From NCBI GenBank assembly GCA_007132365.1, contig SLOS01000409.1, positions 1 through 32,113 on the forward strand: DNA of 32,113 nt. The letters run 5' to 3'. Positions 7,701 through 16,027 of this stretch are shown one piece after another. The notes beneath the pieces are model-generated. The model worked only from the letters and a program-made list of their open reading frames with translations, was not told where the DNA came from and ran no database searches. The stretch's first letter is position 1, and every line of letters begins with the position of its first letter. The translations under genes and the position numbers were made by a program. This stretch comes from Bacteroidales bacterium (GTDB lineage Bacteria > Bacteroidota > Bacteroidia > Bacteroidales > PUMT01).

Positions 7701-9864
7701 CATCCGAGAACCCGAGTCGCCTCAGGTCCGCAAAAACAAGATCCATGGTTCCTTTTCCGAACGCTCTGGCAGTGAAGATCCCAATTGCTGCATCCAGGTC
7801 AATCACCAGGTAGTCATCACTGTAACTGGCCGAGGCTGTTGCCACAGAATCATTAAGGCCCAGATCCAGCCTGATATCCTCATATGAATGCTCCATTACT
7901 GAAAGATGCCCGACAACAAGCTCTGTTTTCAGTTTCATCGATGCCGGATCCAGTCCGCGTCCCCAAAAATCCAGCTCAATTGAGGGGGCGCTGGTTATAA
8001 TTTCCATTTGCAGCAGGGTACCTATATCAAAAGATCCGGTATATATTTTCCCTTCAAAACTGCTTTCTGATTCCTGTTGATCATACATTGATGCAATGAT
8101 TGACACATCTCCCAGATTGCTGGCTATTGCCATGGCACTCTCAAATTCACTTAATGTACCCCTGAAGTGTCCCCCTGCATCAATAAATTCAGGCAGGGTA
8201 ATTCCTTCCGGATGCAGTGTGTCGGGTAAACTGGCGAAAAACGGACCGGGCAGGGCATGCAGGCTGAAATTCTCAATATCCAGGTATAAACTGTCTGTTT
8301 TTGGCATACCTTCAACAGCCCCGTTAAACAGGGCTGTAAAAAATCCGGGGCCGGACAGCCGGAGACTGTCCACTGTCACATATTCCAGTGATCCGTGTAC
8401 CCTTCCACCGAATTCAATGCCTTGATTATCCGGCCAGTTGAAATAGTAATACCGCATAAATGGCAGGAAGAAAGCGATATCTTTATTAATATGGTTATCT
8501 GTCAGGTACAGGTCGAAACTTTTATCATAGAGATCTTCCGGCATAAAATTCAGCAGGTTTGCTTCCGCTTCAAGACTAAGGCCCAGCCTGCTTTCACCTG
8601 TAAGCATATCAAGGGTGACTTTTCCGGATTCGCTGCCCAGGTTGATATCAAGGGAGAGTTTATCCAGGCTGAAGCTTTCCGAAATAAGCATGCTCATATT
8701 ATCTATATCCATGTCTATCCTGTCGGGGCCTGCAAATATGTCCTTTGCCAGAAAGTTAATTCCCCCGAGAGAGAAGTTGCCGGGATCGAATATATCTGTT
8801 TGAATACCTTTGGCCTCTTCGCGCAGACTGAAAAATGAATTTTTTATATCTATCCTTCCCAGTTTGACAGTCCACTCCAATATTTCAGAAAATACAAAAC
8901 CGGTCTTTTCTTCTGAATTTGCAGCAACTGTTTCATTGCTTTGTGTTGATGCTTCGTTTTTTTCCCCGGAAGGGAGAAGTATTGAAATTGCAAGATTTTC
9001 AGTCCCAATTGAGGCAAGTTCAATAAAATAATCCGGCAGATTGATTGTCTCAGGAACCAGGTTCAGCATGCCGGCATCGATGTTGAGATTCGTTCCTGCA
9101 AAATCTTTATAAACAAAAGCAAGATCTGAGACAGATAGTAAATTAACTGATAAGTCAAGCTCCGGAATTCCCGGTTCTGAAGGTTCGGGTGGCATTGAGG
9201 GCTCGCCGGTATTGATTTCCGTATAGCTTCCCCGGAGTTCTGTCTTGCCTGCATGGTATTTTCCGTTCAGAAGATCAGAATGCCGGAGACTGGTTTGAAA
9301 ATAGTCCAGATGAGTTTTCAGCCTCAATCCTGAATGATGGTCCTCAAAAGTAAAACTTATGTTTTCAAGTTTAAATAAATCAAGGTGGAATTCCATGGAA
9401 CCTTCAGTTTCTGCTGCCTGGTCTTCATTATCTGTATCGGGGGCAAATGCATCCAGAATGAATTGATAGTTAAATACTGTATCAGGCTTTTCCCTTTTAA
9501 TAACGGCCCTTAGGTCTGTAATATCCAGTGAACTGATATGAATCCTGTTTCGCAGAAGGGCACTAATTCTTATATTGGCAAACAGACTCCCGGTATAAAG
9601 CAGGGTGTCACCAGCGGCGTCTTCAACAAATACACCTTTTAATCCGACTGATTTGGGAAAACGAATTGCCACCCTGTCAATACTAATCTCGCTGTCTGTC
9701 CGTGAACCCAGCCATGAAGTTATTTTGCCTGTCAGAAAAGTCTGAACAGATGGAAACTGCAGGCTAATAAATATTAAAAAGAATATGAACAGGAAAGCGG
9801 CCAAAAGCCATGTCAGCAAGCGAACAGATCTGATCAGGTATTTCCGGATTCTATTTTGCAGCAT
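4735..9864 (-). CDS. tamB: Translocation/assembly module TamB (AsmA-like, C-terminal DUF490)
   Basis: 1709 aa with an N-terminal TM anchor (LLTWLLAAFLFIFFLIFISLQFPSVQT) and a beta-rich repetitive body. The C-terminus is DUF490-like (WTGDPIEAELDITAIY, ELNKQVISLLLLGSF, GDFTMEYLITPEG). Adjacent to an Omp85 gene. Confidence 0.9.
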   Translation of the reverse strand: MLQNRIRKYLIRSVRLLTWLLAAFLFIFFLIFISLQFPSVQTFLTGKITSWLGSRTDSEISIDRVAIRFPKSVGLKGVFVEDAAGDTLLYTGSLFANIRISALLRNRIHISSLDITDLRAVIKREKPDTVFNYQFILDAFAPDTDNEDQAAETEGSMEFHLDLFKLENISFTFEDHHSGLRLKTHLDYFQTSLRHSDLLNGKYHAGKTELRGSYTEINTGEPSMPPEPSEPGIPELDLSVNLLSVSDLAFVYKDFAGTNLNIDAGMLNLVPETINLPDYFIELASIGTENLAISILLPSGEKNEASTQSNETVAANSEEKTGFVFSEILEWTVKLGRIDIKNSFFSLREEAKGIQTDIFDPGNFSLGGINFLAKDIFAGPDRIDMDIDNMSMLISESFSLDKLSLDINLGSESGKVTLDMLTGESRLGLSLEAEANLLNFMPEDLYDKSFDLYLTDNHINKDIAFFLPFMRYYYFNWPDNQGIEFGGRVHGSLEYVTVDSLRLSGPGFFTALFNGAVEGMPKTDSLYLDIENFSLHALPGPFFASLPDTLHPEGITLPEFIDAGGHFRGTLSEFESAMAIASNLGDVSIIASMYDQQESESSFEGKIYTGSFDIGTLLQMEIITSAPSIELDFWGRGLDPASMKLKTELVVGHLSVMEHSYEDIRLDLGLNDSVATASASYSDDYLVIDLDAAIGIFTARAFGKGTMDLVFADLRRLGFSDEELMVGSSIEADITFYPEDFFNGNITFSNTNIATGEATYSIPEMTVKSESRSGAYSLDISSEFLTAGYNGNFTPVDIPGALAGHFGDYFTVHDLSPATDDDPEPDVDNVLNGNQEEIADNDFNGSREKIEDNGLNEGQEEITDQFKNFSFEITLLPDDLINMVLFPGIDKYDTLSASVQYNSREQKLTFNASMEEFIYSGTDFRNIELTIDSDPKKMDFRVLLDTVGFNHTSIYSFELSGGLFDEILDLSLSFNDEGQKELFFIRSVIESREELYHISVDSDKLILNGEKWNIDSGNRIELGEGYLKVTDLILEDRGSILSVHSTESEEHENVLEINFSEFDLHRLTGFMDNESPYIGGIINGVITIRDIYSETSFIADMNIADITWAGERVELITLHAGDIQPGHYFLSAFLKHKESELSAEGEYISGEAGFDIDLEIERLDINLLEGFLREHLSEMSGFVHGKIRFTGTPENPEFNGDLNFHETSFRVLQLNAGYEIENQKIEFSDQSISLQDFTITDSRGRQAVVDGTLDFPGLENFIFNLNLVSKNFLLMDLQAGQQDMYHGRILMDSDLQLRGDLTGPSIEGNLKLMDGSRFTFIVPQTDPQIIAQEGIVKFIQVEEPDFFQLAQLEPSPDELTSELQGIDLRLNVELDRQTGLKVIIDEIAGDNLEIKGGGDLVLEIDPAGRIGLTGAFEIQEGNYFLTFYDVIRRDFRIEPGSTIMWTGDPIEAELDITAIYSLNTSPRELMRTHVEGDQIQAGRLRQQFPFLVYLNLDGDLLTPRISFRLDMPPGHEMALDGSLMARINEINQNESELNKQVISLLLLGSFLQENPLDRPGAGGIEATARSSGSRLLTQQLNRMADRYVKGVNISFEIDSYEQYIGDETVGRTELQMEVSRNFFDDRIRFTVAGNIELEDEAHRETRAGDIAGDFTMEYLITPEGNLILKGFRNTNFNDLFESEVIETGISLIISRNFNRFRDIIRRRED
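7279..7386. repeat. Three imperfect tandem 36-bp repeats, in frame within tamB
   Basis: gatctcttcctgaccttcgttcaggccgttatcctc / gattttctcccggctcccattgaagtcgttatccgc / gatctcttcctggttcccgttcaggacgttatccac, encoding VDNVLNGNQEEI-ADNDFNGSREKI-EDNGLNEGQEEI. Confidence 0.85.
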
Positions 9865-10048
9865 TAGAGTGTCAGGATTTTGAATCTCTCTGTTTTTTTG
9901 AACAACAGCCCCCCTGGATTTGTTGAGCTTATGTAAAAATACACAAAATGCCGGAAAATTGCGACCTGAAAATTTGTAAATATATTATTCTTTTCATATT
10001 TTACTTACAATTATATGTCTGATTATTAAACTCTAATTACTTCATACT

Positions 10049-11167
10049 ATGGTTAAAATTGCGGCTTTATCTTTTTTATTGCTTTTGATCCTTAATTCCT
10101 GCAAAAGTGAAGAAATTCCGGGGGATCTGACAGAAACTGAAAAACTTTCATTTACTATAGATACTCTTGCTACCGGACTTGAGAATCCATGGGGTATGGC
10201 ATTTTTGCCGGATGGTCGTATTCTTATTGCTGAACGGCCCGGAAGATTGCGTGTATTCGCTCTGGGAGAATTGAGGGATACACCCGTACAGGGTATTCCT
10301 GAAATATGGGATCGTGGCCAGGGAGGATTGCTTGATGTGGTGCTGCATCCGGATTATGATGAAAATGGCTGGATCTACCTGGCCTATGCATCGCCCCGCG
10401 GAGATGGCGGCAATACATCAGTTTCACGTGGGAGACTTGTGGGAAACACCTTTACGGATGTCGAGCTTATATTCCAGGGTGAACCTGCTACAGGAGCGGG
10501 CCAGCATTTCGGCAGCCGGATAGTGTTTGATGACGAAGGCTATATGTTCACAACCATTGGGGACAGGGGAGTAATGCATAATGCACAGACTCTTGAAAAC
10601 CACAATGGTAAGGTCATCCGGCTTTACGATGACGGAAGTGTCCCTTCTGATAACCCGTTTACCGATACTGAGGGTGCAAAACCTGAAATATGGTCCTATG
10701 GCCACCGTAACATTCAGGGTATGGGTATTCATCCGGAAAGCAGATTATTATGGGCACATGAACACGGACCAAAGGGTGGAGATGAAATTAACCTCATACG
10801 TAAAGGACTCAATTACGGCTGGCCTGAAGTTACTCATGGGATAAATTACAACGGCACCATTATAACTGAAGATACCACAAGGGTAGGTATGGAGGACCCT
10901 GTTTTGCACTGGACTCCATCTATAGCTCCCTGCGGGATGGCTTTTGTGGACAGTGACAGGTATCCCGGATGGTATGGCAATATGCTCGCCGGTGCCCTTG
11001 CAGGCCAGCACATACACAGGGTGGTTCTTGAAGGTAATGAGGTTGTGCATACCGAATACCTGCTTGAGGGTTTTGCAAGGTTCAGGGATATAAGGCAGGG
11101 TCCCGACGGATATATTTATGTCCTGACAGAGGCGCCCGGCCTGTTTTTCCGTATCGTTCCCTGGTAA
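10049..11167 (+). CDS. PQQ-dependent sugar dehydrogenase (GSDH/YliI family), lipoprotein
   Basis: Lipobox LNS-C; motifs GLENPWGMAFLPDG, GQGGLLDV, HFGSRIVF, WSYGHRNIQG, EHGPKGGDEIN, NYGWP, WTPSIAPCG, RFRDIRQGPDG. Confidence 0.93.
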   Translation: MVKIAALSFLLLLILNSCKSEEIPGDLTETEKLSFTIDTLATGLENPWGMAFLPDGRILIAERPGRLRVFALGELRDTPVQGIPEIWDRGQGGLLDVVLHPDYDENGWIYLAYASPRGDGGNTSVSRGRLVGNTFTDVELIFQGEPATGAGQHFGSRIVFDDEGYMFTTIGDRGVMHNAQTLENHNGKVIRLYDDGSVPSDNPFTDTEGAKPEIWSYGHRNIQGMGIHPESRLLWAHEHGPKGGDEINLIRKGLNYGWPEVTHGINYNGTIITEDTTRVGMEDPVLHWTPSIAPCGMAFVDSDRYPGWYGNMLAGALAGQHIHRVVLEGNEVVHTEYLLEGFARFRDIRQGPDGYIYVLTEAPGLFFRIVPW

Positions 11168-11177
11168 AGGCCGGCTG

Positions 11178-11927
11178 TCATTCTTCCAGCCTGTACAGAT
11201 TTCCCCTTGAGCTCATTTCCTCAATTATGATCTCATCAGGGTTTCCACGGTAGTATACATTGCCATAATGATTGATTACGGCAACAAGTTGCCTGTTTGC
11301 ATGTACATAGCTGTCAGCTATACTGTTGTTTGTTATTTTCATAAATTCAGTCTCCATATCCTCCGCAAAAAGCTTACTGCTCCCCCTTTGCCAAAGATCG
11401 GCATGCCTGCTGTACCCACGAAAGGTGTAGTGCCCGAAATTATTCCCGTCCGTTGTGAACCTTATGCTATGTGCATTTATTGTGATGTCGATAATTGCTG
11501 TGTGACCCAGTGAATAGAGAGAAAGATTGCCGAGATGCAGTGTGTCATACGATGTAATTGTGGAGGGGGACTGGAGCACCATTTTGCCGATTGCAGGAAA
11601 GGAAATTGTAACCCTGACCTCCGGGTAATCGGGTAACCATTTGAAACTGTTATTGTCCTTCAGATACACGCTGTTGTTATCAGTTCTGAGAGAGATATTC
11701 TTAACTTGTTTCTCTCCGCCCTCCAGTCTGATTGAATAGACAGAGTCGCTTCTGAGTTCTATGTTGAAAACATCGTAAATAACTAACGTATCAAATTCTT
11801 CCGTCTTAATGTACAATGTATGATCCTGATCTACACTGAAAAATATGGTTTTATCACAGGACACATTAATTATTAATGCGGTAAGAAATATGCAGGCAAT
11901 AGTGATTGCTGGATCTGTTTTGGACAT
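11178..11927 (-). CDS. DUF2807 / GIN-domain (adhesin head-like) lipoprotein
   Basis: Probable start is the ATG at 11927 (MSKTDPAITIACIFLTALIINVS-C); the ORF track starts at 11960. Repetitive beta-roll body ending GNVYYRGNP, typical of DUF2807. Confidence 0.72.
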   Translation of the reverse strand: MSKTDPAITIACIFLTALIINVSCDKTIFFSVDQDHTLYIKTEEFDTLVIYDVFNIELRSDSVYSIRLEGGEKQVKNISLRTDNNSVYLKDNNSFKWLPDYPEVRVTISFPAIGKMVLQSPSTITSYDTLHLGNLSLYSLGHTAIIDITINAHSIRFTTDGNNFGHYTFRGYSRHADLWQRGSSKLFAEDMETEFMKITNNSIADSYVHANRQLVAVINHYGNVYYRGNPDEIIIEEMSSRGNLYRLEE

Positions 11928-12114
11928 TTTATATAGAATCAAACCCGGTTTTACATGCAAAAGATATAAAAATAATTTGATATATCAATTAATTCTTTAC
12001 CCGGCCGGTTTGGCTTTACTATCTGATTTTTTCTGTTATTTTTTTTTATCTTGCAGGCTGATAGAATCCTGTAAATCCTTTTTATTATCGAACACATAAA
12101 TAACTAAATAAAAA

Positions 12115-12720
12115 ATGATCAGAATAATATTTTTTTTGTCAATATTTTCAGCTATGTTTTTTTCTTGCGGACAAAGAAGTCAGGACAGGGAAGAGGCTTC
12201 GGATGATATGATCGTAAGGATTGAAGCACTGGAATCGGCTCTTTCCGAAAATGAAAGAGCTTTCCTTGACAACCTGGCAGGTCTGTGCGGAAAATCTTTC
12301 CGGGGGAAAGAAACATTCATGGCCCCTGGCAGAGAAAGCTGGGCTGATAAAGATTTTGTAATGCATGTTACTGTTTGTGAGGATGACAGGGTATATATCC
12401 CGTTTCATCTTGATGATGATCATTCCCGTACCTGGATGTTCCTGGCCGGGGATAAGGGCCTGCGTTTCAGGCATGATCACCGGCATGAGGACGGCACTCC
12501 CGAAGACCTTACCATGTACGGGGGGTATGCAGACGGAACCGGTACCGGATATATGCAGAAGTTCCCGGCAGATGATTACACGGTTGAGCTTCTTGAGGAT
12601 GTATTGAACAGGGAGTGGAGGGTTATCCTGGCTGAAGATTTAAGCACCCTTGAATATCAGCTGCTTTATCACGGTGAGGTTGTGTTTGCCGCAGAATTTG
12701 ACCTTACCAGTCCCCTCTAA
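12115..12720 (+). CDS. Conserved hypothetical lipoprotein
   Basis: Lipobox FFS-C and an A-rich translation start. Conserved-looking core CGKSFRG...SRTW...LRFRHDHRHEDGTPEDLTMYGG. No function recognised. Confidence 0.8.
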   Translation: MIRIIFFLSIFSAMFFSCGQRSQDREEASDDMIVRIEALESALSENERAFLDNLAGLCGKSFRGKETFMAPGRESWADKDFVMHVTVCEDDRVYIPFHLDDDHSRTWMFLAGDKGLRFRHDHRHEDGTPEDLTMYGGYADGTGTGYMQKFPADDYTVELLEDVLNREWRVILAEDLSTLEYQLLYHGEVVFAAEFDLTSPL

Positions 12721-12750
12721 CCGGAAATTAATGATCATTACCGTTATATT

Positions 12751-13842
12751 ATGGATAAAGCAAGAATTGGTTTCATGGGTTCGGGGGGGATAGCCCGCTC
12801 ACATGCCTATGCATTGAATTCACTGAAGTATTACTATTCTGATCCTCCGAAGGTGGAACTTATTGCGGTTACTTCTGCCCGGGAGGAGAGCCGGTCAGCA
12901 TTTGCATCGGAATTCGGGTTCAGGAGGGCTGTCAGTATAGAGGAGTTCATTTCCGGGCATGAAATTGACAGCGTGTTTATACTCGGGCCCAACAGTGTAC
13001 ATTATCAGCATCTTGAGGCGGCAGTTTCAATGCCGGGAGTCAGGAGGATATACCTGGAAAAACCTGTATGTTCAAATTATGATGAGGAGAAGAAAATAAA
13101 AAACCTGCTGACGATCATTCCAGGTGATAAACCGGTGCAGGCAGGCTTTCAGTTCCTCATGGGTGCTGCCGTCAGAGAAGCTCTCATATGGTGGAGGGAA
13201 AAGGATTTCGGGCGTCCGCTTCATTTCAGCTTTACCCTGAAGCACAGCGATTATTTGCAGGCATCATACCGGGCTAAAAGAAGGACAAGGCTCACCCCTG
13301 CTCCCGACGGGGGCGCTATGGCGGACCTGGGTTCTCATGCCATTAGCCTTATGGTGGCTTTCCTTGGTGAAGATCTGCAGGTATTGAACGCATTACAATC
13401 CGGCTCATTTGAAGATGTGCCGGCCGGTTCTGATCTCTACTCGGAGATCTCTGTTTTTGACCCTAAAAGCCGGGCCGTTGGCAACGTGTCCGGGAGCAGG
13501 GTGAGTGCAGGCATAGGCGATATGATGGCTTTTGAGATTTACGCTGAAAAAGGTGCGCTTAGATACAACTCCATGTATCCCGACAGGTTTGAGTATTTTT
13601 TTGAAAAGCCGGGTGACTGGGCAGTGCGTTTTACAGGCAGCAACTTCACCCCGGTTACGGGGTTCCCTTCGGGGCACGTTCCCGGTGGATGGCTGAGGGC
13701 CCTGGTCCATGCCCATTATGTTTTCCTCACGGGGAAAGATAAGCTGGCCTTTGTTCCCGATCTGGATCACGGACTGGAGGTGCAGAGGCTTGTAAGGGAA
13801 ACCGCTGAACATATGGTGTTGTTCAGGAAAAAGCACGGTTAA
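12751..13842 (+). CDS. Gfo/Idh/MocA family oxidoreductase (cytoplasmic)
   Basis: Rossmann motif IGFMGSGGIA, LEKP motif and GGAMADLGSH catalytic motif. Confidence 0.92.
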   Translation: MDKARIGFMGSGGIARSHAYALNSLKYYYSDPPKVELIAVTSAREESRSAFASEFGFRRAVSIEEFISGHEIDSVFILGPNSVHYQHLEAAVSMPGVRRIYLEKPVCSNYDEEKKIKNLLTIIPGDKPVQAGFQFLMGAAVREALIWWREKDFGRPLHFSFTLKHSDYLQASYRAKRRTRLTPAPDGGAMADLGSHAISLMVAFLGEDLQVLNALQSGSFEDVPAGSDLYSEISVFDPKSRAVGNVSGSRVSAGIGDMMAFEIYAEKGALRYNSMYPDRFEYFFEKPGDWAVRFTGSNFTPVTGFPSGHVPGGWLRALVHAHYVFLTGKDKLAFVPDLDHGLEVQRLVRETAEHMVLFRKKHG

Positions 13843-13985
13843 AATGTTTCCTTTTACCAGTTTATCAATCATCTTTTTTGAAAAAAACAGGAATTTAAGG
13901 CCAATAATTACTGATATCTTTTGTAATATAGCTGAAAATTTACGGTTTTGTCCCCTGATAATCAGTCCGCCGGACGGGTCTTTAT

Positions 13986-13993
13986 TATATTTG
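13986..13993 (+). promoter_or_regulatory. Probable -7 promoter element for the TPR-PD40 gene
   Basis: TATATTTG matches TAnnTTTG about 40 nt before the ATG at 14036. No clear -33 element. Confidence 0.45.
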
Positions 13994-14035
13994 GCGGGGG
14001 CTGCAGGCACTAACCGTTTTTGCACCGCCTGAATT

Positions 14036-15976
14036 ATGAAGAGGTTGCTGTTATCTGTATTCATTCTGCTGTCCCTTCTTAACAATTCTACAGGACAAAA
14101 CTGGAGCAGGCTGATAATGCTGCATCAACAGGCGGAACAACTTATGACCAATATGCAATATGAGGAAGCAGCCACTATTTATTTACGAATGCTCAGGGAA
14201 CTGCCCGGAAGTTACAACCTTAAATTCAGGATAGGGTATTGTTACCTTTATTCTTTCGGGCGGACCGGTGAAGCTATCTCCTACCTTGAAAAGGCTTCAG
14301 CAAATGTTTCGTTTGATTCTGACCCCGGTTCACTCAGAGATGAAGCTGCACCGGCTGATTGTTTCCTTTTGCTTGGCATTGCCTATCAGCGAAACGGCCA
14401 GTTTGACCAGGCCGGGGATGCATATAACAGGTATATGGAAATTATTCCCGAAGATCATTACAGGCAGAAACTTGCAAATCAGTACCTGAAAAGCATTGAA
14501 AATGCCCGGTCTCTTATGGCAGGTCCACTAATTTTGGAAAAAAGCAACCTGGGCCGGGAGATAAACAGCAATGCATCCAATGTGAATGCAGTTTTATCGG
14601 GTGACGGCCGCACAATGGCATACACGAATATTACCCGCAGGGGTTTTGATGTATATATTGTCCGGAAGGAAGGGGAGAGGTGGGGCAGGCCGCGAAATAT
14701 CGGCCGGCAGCTTCGAAGGGACTATCTTCTAACTTCAGGTCTTTCATATGATGGCAATGAGCTTTACCTGGTCTATTATCTGCCGGATGCTTCGGATATC
14801 TATCACAGTGTATTTGAAGATGGAGACTGGAGCAGGGCCAGAAGGTTCGGAAGTCCCGTAAACAGCCGCCACAACGAAACCCATGCATCGGTATCGGCCG
14901 ATGGCCTGACACTGTATTTTACAAGTAGTCGTCCGGGTGGTTTTGGCGGACTGGATATTTACAGGGCTACACTCGACAGCAGGGGCAGGTGGCGCAATGT
15001 TGAGAATCTCGGGCCGGATATAAATACACCGTTCAATGAAGATACCCCGTTTATAACAGCTGAAGGCAACAAATTATTCTTTAGCTCTGAGGGGCACAAC
15101 AGCATGGGTGGATATGACGTCTTTTATGTCGATCTTACCAGCCCGTCTGAAGTTCATAATCTTGGCTACCCGATTAATAATGCTGATGATAATATTTTTT
15201 ACTTCCCGGTTGATAACGGACGCACCGGATATATCTCATTCTGGGATGAGCAGGGGTTTGGCCAAAAGGATATTTACCTGGTAAATATTCCCGATACTGG
15301 CCCCCTGGTAGCGGATCTTGATCAGGACACCCCGGCAAAGGCTGAGCCTTATTTGCAGGATACCCTTTTTGTGCCGGATACAATTGGACTGCCTGAGACT
15401 TATGTTTCCGATGAACAGCCTTTTGTAACCGAAGTTGCAGAATATGAAGAAGATGCATATATCCCGTCAACAGGAGTTGATCCTTTTGTGCCTGTCCGCA
15501 TTCCACTCGAGTATGATGAAGAGCCCCGGTTGGATGACAGGACTTACAATGTTCAGTACATGGCACTTGAAAGGGATGTGGAGGCCGTGGTTATGGAGGC
15601 TCATGCCGGTAACGGGGAGTTTGTGCTTTATGGAAGAGACCGGTTCAGCAGATTTGTGTCGGTCTTTTTTGATACACGTGATGAGGCAATGGAGGTACTG
15701 CCTGATTATCTGGAAAGAGGTTATATTGACGCTTTTATCCGTGAGAATATTTATTCTCCCAATTATACCATACAGCTGGCTGCCATGAAAAACTTTATCA
15801 GGCTTGACAGTTTTGGAGACTTGTCGGAAATAGCATGTTTCAGGGGAAAGGATGGTTTATACAGGTACTCATGGGGCTATTTCTCCACTTATGAGGATGC
15901 TGCCTTAAATATTGAAAATATCCGGGCAATGGGCTTTTATGACGCTTTTATCAGATTAATGCAGGATAACCGCTGA
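14036..15976 (+). CDS. Secreted TPR + PD40 (WD40-like propeller) protein with C-terminal SPOR-like domains
   Basis: Signal peptide ending STG-Q, then TPR-like helices (FLLLGIAYQRNGQFDQAGDAYNRY). PD40 repeats follow (SADGLTLYFTSSRPGGFGGLDIY, NTPFNEDTPF, FFSSEGHNSMGGYDVF), then an acidic linker. It ends with two YxVQ/YTIQLAA...G(Y/F)xDAFI SPOR-like units. Confidence 0.8.
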   Translation: MKRLLLSVFILLSLLNNSTGQNWSRLIMLHQQAEQLMTNMQYEEAATIYLRMLRELPGSYNLKFRIGYCYLYSFGRTGEAISYLEKASANVSFDSDPGSLRDEAAPADCFLLLGIAYQRNGQFDQAGDAYNRYMEIIPEDHYRQKLANQYLKSIENARSLMAGPLILEKSNLGREINSNASNVNAVLSGDGRTMAYTNITRRGFDVYIVRKEGERWGRPRNIGRQLRRDYLLTSGLSYDGNELYLVYYLPDASDIYHSVFEDGDWSRARRFGSPVNSRHNETHASVSADGLTLYFTSSRPGGFGGLDIYRATLDSRGRWRNVENLGPDINTPFNEDTPFITAEGNKLFFSSEGHNSMGGYDVFYVDLTSPSEVHNLGYPINNADDNIFYFPVDNGRTGYISFWDEQGFGQKDIYLVNIPDTGPLVADLDQDTPAKAEPYLQDTLFVPDTIGLPETYVSDEQPFVTEVAEYEEDAYIPSTGVDPFVPVRIPLEYDEEPRLDDRTYNVQYMALERDVEAVVMEAHAGNGEFVLYGRDRFSRFVSVFFDTRDEAMEVLPDYLERGYIDAFIRENIYSPNYTIQLAAMKNFIRLDSFGDLSEIACFRGKDGLYRYSWGYFSTYEDAALNIENIRAMGFYDAFIRLMQDNR

Positions 15977-16027
15977 ATCATCTTGTTGAATAGGGACGTA
16001 AACTTATACTTATAACATTAATTATAT

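Noticed and set aside
13405-14085. 226-aa minus-strand ORF and the 62-aa ORF at 13844..14032
   Set aside because: The first overlaps two well-supported plus-strand genes. The second spans an AT-rich promoter region. Neither has recognisable motifs.
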